Assembly: GCF_902459465.1 (NCBI RefSeq)
Contig: NC_047065.1
Span: 4,154,001 to 4,218,000, forward strand
Direction of reading: 5' to 3'
DNA: 64,000 bases
From: Asterias rubens
Lineage: Eukaryota
Both the position numbers and the translations under genes were made by a program. A model generated the notes under the pieces. The model was not told the origin of the DNA and did no database searches. It worked only from the letters and a program-made list of their open reading frames with translations. Position 1 is the first letter of the stretch, and each line of letters starts with the position of its first letter. Of the stretch, positions 54,801 to 64,000 are shown piece by piece.

Positions 54801-57800
54801 TTTCCCGCTTCTTTCTGGATCCTTTCCTTAATCCCTTTCCCCCTCTCTTTTTCCATAAATGGATATGTATTTGTTTGTACTTGTTTTATGCCTCTGAAGA
54901 AGGTCCGGATGGGATCGAAAGCTAAGGCCATCTACCCTATTCATTACTATATATATATTTATATATATATCAAATAATAAACCACAAATATATTTTTTAA
55001 TAGCGCCCTCTAGCGGCGAAAAAACTATTTGAATATTCGGTTAATTTCGGATAGTTGGCCAGCGGTATCCGAATATCAAAATTTCACTATTCGCCCAGCA
55101 CTAATGACTAGACTATTTTCTCCTGACTCACACAACTGATTAAAGGTACTGGACACCTTTGGTAATTGTCAAAGACCAGTATTCAGGCTTGGTGTGTCCT
55201 AACATATGCATAAACATCTGAGAATACTTTGATTGATTTAGACTGATGCCTTTGAATAAGGGAATCAATGTGTGGTGAAGAGGTTTTCAACTAGTGGTTT
55301 AATCCCAACGAGGCCTGGTTCTTGATATTTTTATCGAGACGAAGTCGAGGTAAATTATCAAGAACCAGGCCTCGGCGGGTTTAAACCACTCGTTGAAAAC
55401 CGATTCAACACATTTTGATTCCCATTTATAAATACCTTTTCGGTCAAAAAAACATCAACACTTTTGGTCAAAAAGTAAAATAAATGCAAAAAATTATAAT
55501 TGTTCAATGATTTCTTTCAACACAACACCCCTCCAGCTATGAAATGGTAAAGCCCTCCGACGCCCTCGGGTTAACAACTCCTTATAAGGGAATGCTGATG
55601 TGGCACAACTATCCCGTCCGTTGCTCTCGACCAGTAGGAATGAAGAAACTGTCTTATAAGCACAGGTGCAATAATGCGCGTCACGCCCATGTTTCAACAC
55701 TTTTTACCGGTCATAAACAAATGTTTATACACACCAACGTGACGCGCTCTCCACCAATAGGAATAGCGAAACTGTCCCGAGGTATTTATGAATGTTTAAC
55801 TAATAACAGAGAAAGTGTTCCCTACAAATGCTGTGTTATTATCATAATTATTATTATCATTATTATTATTCAATTGATCTACTGAATTTATTTGGACAGT
55901 TTGCTGACGATGAAAGCCTAAGGAAGCAAGTCCAGACACTGGCCCAAAAAGTGATGCTCCTCGACAAGAGCCGAGAAGAAATGAAAGCCAACCTGGACAC
56001 CTGCACAAGGTACAATATTTAACCCTTATTCTGGTAAAAATTAGCTAAGCACAACAAAAGTAATACTTATCAAAAGAAGTTACCAGCCAAACCACCATGC
56101 CACATGCACTATTTGTGACTGGCTTTTCCCATTTTTGCTTAGCAGAATAGCCTTCAGAAATTATCAGCAAAATGTTTTAATGGCAAAGTATACCTTTTTT
56201 GTCTTTTGACCCGTTCGATTTTTTAAACCCTTATTAAAGGCAGTGGACACTATTGGTAATTGTCAAAGACTAGCCGTCACAGTTGATGTATCTTAACATA
56301 TGCATAAACAAACTAACCTGTAAAAACTGAGCTCAATCGGTCATCAAAGTTGCGAGATAATAATGAAAGAAGAGAACACCCTAGTCACACGAAGTTGTGT
56401 GCGTTTAGATGGTTGATTTTGAGACCTCAAGTTTTAAATCTGAGGTCTCAAAATCAAATTCGTTGAAAATGACTTCTTTTTCGAAAAACTATGGCACTTC
56501 AGAGGGAGCAGTTTCTCACAATGTTTTATAACATCAACCTCTCCCCATTACTCGTCACCAAGAAAGGTTTTATGCTAATAATTATTTTGAGTACCTACCA
56601 ATAGTGTACACTGCCTTTAAAACTAACATGTGAAAATTGCATTTCAAAAGGTGGTCCAGTTTTTTTAAGAGTTTACTATCCCAAAGAAAAATGACGTCAG
56701 GCCTGCGTTCCAGTGTTAATTTCAAACCCAGAAACCCCTTTTAAAAACCAAAACTTCTTCCTTGAAAAGTTGTTGGCATGCGCCTCCAAATATTAGTATT
56801 CTGTTTTCTTTAACAGCGCCTTGGCTGACATGATGGCGAAGTACAACAGCTTAAGATTAGCCATCGACCAACATGAAACAAAGCTGTCATCAGCTTCTTT
56901 CAATCGGGCACGGCGGATCGGGATGAAATCCAGAACACCTTCAGGTTGGTTCATGCAGTGATGAGAAATTTCAGACTTTTATCTGACTTCAGACTTGTTA
57001 AAGGCACTTGGACACTGTTGGTAATTACTCACTTGGTAATGAGCAATGGAGAAATGTTGATAGTGTAATTCGTTGTGAGAATCGGCTCCCTCTGAAGTAA
57101 TATAGTTTTTGGGAAAGAGGCCTGAAGTCTTTGAATATTTTTGTAGGCATCTGAAAGCACACACATTTGTGCAAAAGAGTGTTTTTATTTTCATTATTCT
57201 CTTCCAACTCCAATGACCACTTGAGTCCACATTATTACAGATTTTTGATTTTATGTTTGTTGGGATACGCCAAGTGAGAAAGTTGTTCTGTGACATTTAC
57301 CAAAGGTGTCCAGTGCCTCCAAAAAGCTCTTTGAAGTCTGAAACCAATGGATTTACAAAGATCCTACTTTCTGACTTTTTTTTTTTTTTTGCTTGATGCA
57401 GTTCCCTCAAAGCACCTGAGAAAGGAATTCCAAATGATTTTTTTTTTTTCCACAAATAAAATTTGTTTACTCTCATGTGAACTCAAATTCCTTATTGACT
57501 GAAAACATTTTACATGAACTTCAGCAAAGATCACTAGTTGCTCGTTTTGTTCAAGCTGGTCCAAGCTAGTCTTAAATAATATTGATACTGCTGTAAAAAT
57601 TGTTTCTTTAACGTTTACTTACAAGTTTGGTTTCATCAGCTACCCGGCGCCTTTCACTCTTCTTGCACAGCTCATTTTCAGCTTCTCCAGGACCCCGCAC
57701 CATGACACGCTATAGCGATCATGCTTTTTCAGTCATAGCTCCAACACTTAAACAAGCTACACACTCACATTCAAGCAAAACCTTCATTGGATATTTTGAA

Positions 57801-60800
57801 ATCATTACTTAAACTATTTCATTTTGTTGTTTATTTGATTTAGAGCGACGTGATTCTTCCAGCCCAGAGAACACAATTTCCAGCTTTGATAACTGGCAGG
57901 TACCTTTTGAATTTAAGTGCATTGGAACTCTGAGGTGAGTTTAGGAGAGAAAGTTTCTGTTTCTGTTTGTTTTCAACGTTATTTCTGTTGAAATTTTTAC
58001 TGACAAACGTTTATTAAAGAAATCAACAATAAAAGTCTGGGTGTTTTTTGTGATGATTATACAGAAATGAATGACTTCTAAAGAAGGGTTAACATACTTT
58101 TTCAGTCTGTGTGCTATTTGATTGTATTTCCGTAATATGAGTAGTTCACATTATTCAGGAAACATAGAAAGTGAAAGAGAAGGGTTATTTTTTTTCTGCG
58201 AAGCCGAGCAGTCTATAGTTCACTCAGCAGAGTTTGGGTTGGAATCCAGGTTGTAAGTGCTACGTGAAAAGTTGGGAAGGTAGTGCATTTTGCTCTACCA
58301 GCCAGGCTGCTATATCCATGCCTACATCCTTACAGACATTGAAGGGTGTAACCCTTCCCCAGAAGGTGGCAACGTGCCCCTGGTGGCAGTTGGTTTCAGT
58401 CGACAGCCCAAATCATTTAAGTGTAGTCCTCACCTTAAAGTGGCTGTCTGGCCTTGTGATGCCTGGCGATGTCTCATTTAATTTTGGTTCAGGTGTGTCT
58501 AGGGTACATGAGCATGGATTTTGAAAGCAAATAATTTAAGTTGAAATTAGCTGGCATGATTGTTTGTTATTTATTCCTCAGAGGTCATGAAGGTGCTATC
58601 CACTGCCTAGCAACCAGGGGTCATAGGTTATACTCAAGCGGAGCTGACAAGCTCATCAAAGTGTGGGACATCGACGCCCTCAGCAAGGGCTGCGTACAGA
58701 ATATTAAAGGACACACCGATACAGTAAGACTATTCGATATATATATATTATGGACAGTTCTTTTAAGAAGCACATCATTAACTAAAAAACTTTCCATTGT
58801 GAAAGGGCTGACAGAACTTATGCATATCTTTTAGTGTTTGTAATTTATTTATATTTTGTGAACGGGATTTCTCCTAAATTCACAAGGCCGGACGACCACT
58901 TCATGGTGAGGACTACACTTAACTGATTTTGGCTGTCTCCCCAATTCAACTGTCACCAGGGGCACTTTACCACCTACTCCTGGGGCTTAAACTGGGTTAC
59001 CCCCACCACAGTCTGTAAGGATGTAGGGATGGGTTTCATCCACTAGGAGCCTGGCTGGTAGAGCAGAGTGTGATACATTCCCAACTTTTTATGAAGCAAT
59101 AATGGTCAACTACCTTACTCAAGGGCATACACGAAAGTGTCATGATCAGGATTCGAACCCACACTCTGCTGCAGACAACACAACAGCTTGGGTCTGGTGA
59201 ACTAGACATGCCACTTTGTATTAAAAGTTCCGCCTACTTGTTGCTTTACATTATCTTACTATTAATTTTGGTTTTACCCATTATACACCGATATGTGTAA
59301 GCACTGTATGATACTCGGTACTTTCCAGAGTCCTGTGAAAAAAATCACAGGTATTTTACTCGGGAGGGATTCAAACCCACGGCCCTTGCAATTCTAGAGC
59401 AGTGTCTTACCAACTAGACCACCGAGATTGCCCGGTAGATAGAGGCAGTGCGAATTCCATTGCCTAACATCTATTACATTATCTTTGGAAATCCTTTATT
59501 TCCCTCTTCCTGAAGGTAAACGCTCTTCTAACTGGTAAGGAATATCTCTACAGCGCTGGTGCCGATCAATCCTTACGTATGTGGAAATACGACACCATGA
59601 CAGAGCACAAATGTGTCAAAGTAAGTTGCAAGAAATAGTTGTTTGTAAAACTGAAAACTTTAGCCTTTGAGAAGGCCATTAACTATTTTTTGCATTTATA
59701 ACATAGGTCCTTTCGGATAGTAATTTGTTTGCTACAGCCAATTGTCTTTTTGTTCAAATTAAAAACTTGTTTGTTAAATTAAATACTTGTTTGTAAATTT
59801 ACAAATTTTCTAAGCATTCAGCCTTTACATAACGGTCATGTTTTATATTTATATTCAAAGGGAAGTTATACATTTGGTAATCACTCTTAAACTTAATGGC
59901 AATGAAAACTCTTGCCTACAGCAGCTTTCAATATAAAGCATTTTGAGAAACATTTCACTTTAAAATAATGTGGTTTTTAAAAAATAACTAAGTTTTTATG
60001 CCCCAAAATCTGAAACTGAGCAGCGTTACTGCAGTGTTTGTTTTAGGGGTTATTTTTCCTGTTTTTGTCTGGACATATTCGCTTCAGATTTTTTGCCATA
60101 TCTCCAAGATGCAACCACATTTTGAAACGAAATTGTGTTTTATTGTATATATCTAGATTTAAAAAGTATTAAAACAACCGAACAGTATAAAAAAAAAACC
60201 TTGCCTTTAAACTTTCAGCCTTGTTTGGGGTGAACTTTCATTCATAACAAAACAAAAAAATCATATGTCAAGTTACTTTTCATAAACTTTTTTTTCAAAC
60301 AGCATGCTCATGACAGTGCTATTTGTGCTTTGGCAAAGAACAGAAAGTATCTCTTCTCTTCTGGTCAGTCAACCATCAAGGTAAAAATTGATATGTCTTT
60401 TTCCGTTTGGAAGTATTTACATTTGATTTCAAGTGGGAAAAGAAGTCTGATTTGAAATACAAGATTTGCCCAATGAAAAAGTCAAGTTATTAAACCACCG
60501 GTTCTTTTTAGAACCATAACAAACTCATCAACTTGTACATGGTGTCTTCTCTGCAAATCTCCCTAGAAGATAACACTACCCATTTTTCAAGAATTTTATA
60601 GTTGTAAAAATCACACCCCTATAAGATGAACAAGATTTCAGAAAATGTAAAGTAAGTCGACGTCTCCTGACGATGACTAGAGCAAGCTAGTCGAAACATT
60701 GAGACCAATTCAAGAACTGACTCCTGGGTAGTGCAGTTAATTACGATCCTATATGCTAAAGTAGTAGTCCCAGCCAATTTGTTATACCTTCCGCCCAGGT

Positions 60801-61845
60801 AGTAGTTAAAAAGCAGGACAGTTCTTTTCAGAACTGAGAAGTCTCCCGAACATCCGATAAATCTACTCCGCAGAAGTAGAATAAAGAAAGACAGTTCTCT
60901 AAGAACAAACTATACCTGGCAAGTAGATACACACATGGTATACCGCAAACCAAATATAACGTAATATTCATCTTCTTTGTTTTACTTTGTATAGGTTTGG
61001 TTAGTTCACACTTTAGAATCTGTAACAACGATACCTGGATTACATCATTGGGTTCGGGCATTAACCATAGAACCTTCTCAGGTACGTACAAAATTAAATT
61101 TGAAAATTAACTGTATAATGGTAGGTGCTTGCCTTAACACGCTGAAAAGTCCAGGTGGATAAAACAAGTATGAACAATGTTCTGGTGTTTATGGATAATG
61201 GGATAATGAGGTCATCCGAAGTGGTTAAGAAAAGAAAATCTCACATACATATTCCTTATATGTGTAGATTCCGAATGACAACTTGAAATGCTTGCTAAAG
61301 CACTGGACACTATTGGTAATGGTAATTGGCAAAGACCAGTCTTCTCACTTGGTGTATCTCATTATACGTATGCACAAAAGAGCAAACCTGTAAAAATTTG
61401 AGCTCAATTGGACGTCGAAGGTGGAGATAAATATGAAAGATAAAAAACACCCTTGTCACACGAAGTTGTGAGCTTTTAGATGCTTGATTTTGAGACCTCA
61501 AAATCTTATTCTGAGGTCTCGAAATCAATTTTGTGGAACATTATTTCTTTCTCGAAAACTACGTCACTTCAGAGGGAGCCGTTTCTCACAATGTTTTATA
61601 CTATCAACCTCTCCCCAATGCTAAGTAAGGTTTAATGCTAACGATTGATTTGAGTAATGACCATTAGTGTCCACTGCGTTTAAAACCATTCTGCATGTTT
61701 CGTTAACAGGAAAGTCTTTACAGTGGTTCCCACAATACAGTCTCTATATGGGATGCCACAGGGCAGTTCACACTCAAGAGGAAACTGGAGCATGAATACG
61801 GGTCCGTCTATTCCATTGCAATCACATCACAGTATATCATACTAG
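51899..61845 (+). CDS. TRAF7: TRAF7-like E3 ligase (RING, TRAF zinc fingers, coiled coil, WD40), 3' end beyond the window; join(51899..52104,53210..53478,53944..54047,55900..56009,56817..56944,57844..57934,58582..58723,59516..59620,60303..60380,60995..61081,61710..61845)
   Basis: VFAEEPS..C..C...DPVI..GCGHTFC..C..CPVDN RING as in TRAF7; GCPELVKLSQKTDHEKTCPY..CPN zinc fingers; FKCIGTLRGHEG, AHDSAIC, GLHHWVRAL and GSVYSIA WD repeats colinear with recalled TRAF7. Eleven exons all in phase. Orthologue versus paralogue unresolved. Confidence 0.92.
52246..52383. mobile_element. 8-bp-TSD MITE family copy, TRAF7-like intron 1
   Basis: AAAGTCAC at 52238-52245 and 52384-52391. Confidence 0.85.
54059..55103. 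mobile_element. hAT-like non-autonomous element, about 1.05 kb, with a nested ~440-bp insert
   Basis: Termini AAGGCCTGGGC / GCCCAGCACTA (hAT-type TAGGGCTGGGC); 8-bp TSD ATGACTAG at 54051-54058 and 55104-55111. Confidence 0.75.
54890..54928 (+). ncRNA. Minimal type I hammerhead ribozyme motif (predicted)
   Basis: GCCT-CTGAAGA-A-GGTCC(ggatg)GGATC-GAAA-GC-TA-AGGC: complete core, helices I and II pair, palindromic helix III AGCT. Confidence 0.7.
59265..59460 (-). mobile_element. Element with TTTTGGTTTTACCCATACACCGATGTG terminus and internal tRNA-like segment; opposite-orientation copy 20480-20637; termini-only foldback 35489-35571
   Basis: B-box GGGTTYGAATCCC and A-box remnant inside; terminus shared by the three loci. 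Confidence 0.6.
60662..60705 (+). ncRNA. Minimal type I hammerhead ribozyme motif (predicted, helix III palindrome imperfect) in a ~300-bp repeat (about 60655-60960)
   Basis: GTCTC-CTGACGA-T-GACTAG(agcaag)CTAGTC-GAAA-CA-TT-GAGAC: 5-bp helix I and 6-bp helix II are perfect. Confidence 0.7.
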
Positions 61846-64000
61846 GTGAGTGTTAACTGTCCGTCTCTCTACTCTGTGCTCTTGCACATGTGTCTCTATT
61901 TAATCCTCAGTCGCCCAAATGCATGTCCCAATGCACAAGACCAGGGCACATATTCATAGCGCTGCCTAAGCCGGAAATGTAGCTGAGCACAACAAAAGTA
62001 TGCTGACCAGCTTGTGCATGTACATACGCCACATTACTAGTCATTCTTTGCTGACACAGCTAGCGCAGAAATTCAGCGCTTGCACAGTAAGTGGAGAATG
62101 GCCATCATAAGTGCAGAATTTGGCAGTAAGTAGAGCCATGAAACTGGGCCCCAGTCATCTTCAATAATGTTGTAAATCCTCTTTTGGTTTGGGGTTCTTG
62201 TTTGTTGGTTATTGTGATTAGACATTTCTAAAAAGTATCTGTTTTTCTTCTTTAAAGCCACTGGACACTAATGGTAATTGTCAAAGACTAGCCTTCACAA
62301 CATATGCATAAAATAACCAACCTGTGAAAATTTGAGCTCAATCGGTCGTCGCAGTTGCGAGATAATAATGGAAAAAAAAACACCCTTGTCACACCAAACA
62401 GTGTGCTTTCAGATGCTTGATTTCAAGACCTCACATTCTAAATCTGAGGTCTCGAAATCAAATTCGTGGAAAATTACTTCCTTTTCGAAAACTACTTTAC
62501 TTCAGAGGGAGCCGTTTTTCACAAAGTTTTATACTATCAATAGCTCCCCATTACTCGTTACCAAGTGAGGTTTTCATGCTAATACATATTTTGAGTAATT
62601 ACCAATAGTGTCCATTGCCTTTATTTGTTCAGAATGAACTCCTTTAGGAATAATCAGGTTTTTTTGTTTTGTTTAGGTGGGGGTGGGGGGGGGAACTGGA
62701 GCATGGTCATAATTTTGTTTGAGTTCACCAATTAGCTCTGTAGTGATGCTTGTGTCTGACGCATGACTTTGATATGTGTATATTCTTTGTAAACTGGAAG
62801 CCAAATAGTGCTTACATGTAAATTATTACTGCTTATAGTGTGTGTGCTTTTAAATTAGGCTTTGTGGTGCTGCTCTAAAAGCAGTAGATAACGTACTTTT
62901 AAGTACAACTTTCTGCTTAGCAAAAAAAAAGCAGGCGTGGGAGTCTCAAGTGCTCCATATGGAATGTTTTTTGGTGGGGCTGGTAACCTTAATCTGGTAA
63001 GCATAGTTGATTTGTGCTTTATGTTTTTGTCTCGAAATTTGAACTTTCACATTGGAAGATATTTTGTCAATTATTTATTCATTTAGAACATTTTGTTTTT
63101 TTAAAGGGAGCATAAACTATTGAAAAAGTATGACTTGCACCTTTTATTTTTTACAACAGTTTAAGTTTTCCTTAAAACATTCCCATGACAACACTGACTG
63201 GTGTCTTGCTAACTTTTGCTGAGCAAAAACTTCTTAGTGATATCTACTGCTTTAGCAGCTCTATGACATTGGGCCCATTTGGCTTTTATTGTCACAGTTA
63301 TTAATTTTAAAGGGACCGTTAGTATTTTTGCATGAAAACTCTTTTCCTTGTCTTCCTGTGACCCTTGAACTTTGACCTAGGTACACGGGGAGAAAATGAG
63401 GACAAGAACATTAACGATAGAAATTCAGGTAGGGCTTATAACGGACATTAGGCTCGGCCATTTACAGATCCCCTAACAACAAAGACGAAGAAATTACACG
63501 TATTTACAAAAAAAATTTTTTTTACTTTTGTGTGGTGTATATTTCGGGGTTTTTAAAGGTTTTTTTTAAAGAATGTCATTGCAAAAATGTGATCTTTCCA
63601 GGCTGGAATTTTATCTTTCAAAAAGCAAGGCTATTTTCGTTTTGTTAAGGCCACTTCCTTTAAAAAAATCTTCAATTTGATCTGAATCTTTTGAAGGGGC
63701 ATCAAGGCAAAGACCAGGGTAACAAGGCCATGGCCTCTGTTTAAAGCCAAGCCTGATCAGCGCTTTTCAACCCTAACTATGAAATTAACAAAATTAAAAA
63801 CACGTTTAACAGCAAGTTCGTCTACAGAGCCATCCTTGTAGTTCAGTGTTCTTGTCCAAGTTTGGTTTACTTATGCAGCACTTTGTTTCCATTATTATTA
63901 TGTATTTTTTTAACTGTGAAGTGATAAAGGTTTTTGAAACAAATAATGTTTTGTGGGTTTTTGCACTATTAACATAAAACAAACTTTTTTTTTTTTGGCA

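Overview
AT-rich, intron-rich eukaryotic DNA with two N gaps. The gene set, group-A SRCR domains and repeat landscape suggest an invertebrate deuterostome, probably an echinoderm such as a sea star (inference). I assembled seven spliced protein-coding genes by hand from GT-AG boundaries with consistent exon phases, in strictly alternating orientation: 3' end of RANBP9/10 (+), UBE2C (-), RAB5IF (+), ABHD4/5 (-), PRELID3 (+), a four-SRCR transmembrane receptor (-), and a TRAF7-like RING/zinc-finger/WD40 ligase (+, runs off the window). Six of them form three head-to-head pairs. Non-coding DNA is dense with non-autonomous DNA transposons, tRNA-derived SINEs and L2-type LINE 3' ends. Best leads: (1) the SRCR receptor has two intact paralogous transmembrane-plus-cytoplasmic terminal exons, each with two PPxY motifs but different PDZ-type C-termini; (2) two minimal type I hammerhead ribozyme motifs lie sense-strand in TRAF7-like introns; (3) the SRCR gene and TRAF7-like share a ~0.6 kb divergent promoter; (4) palindromic elements carry tRNA-like arms; (5) all four copies of one 8-bp-TSD MITE sit in first introns. 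No database searches were run, so all homology calls are from recalled protein families and novelty is unverified.
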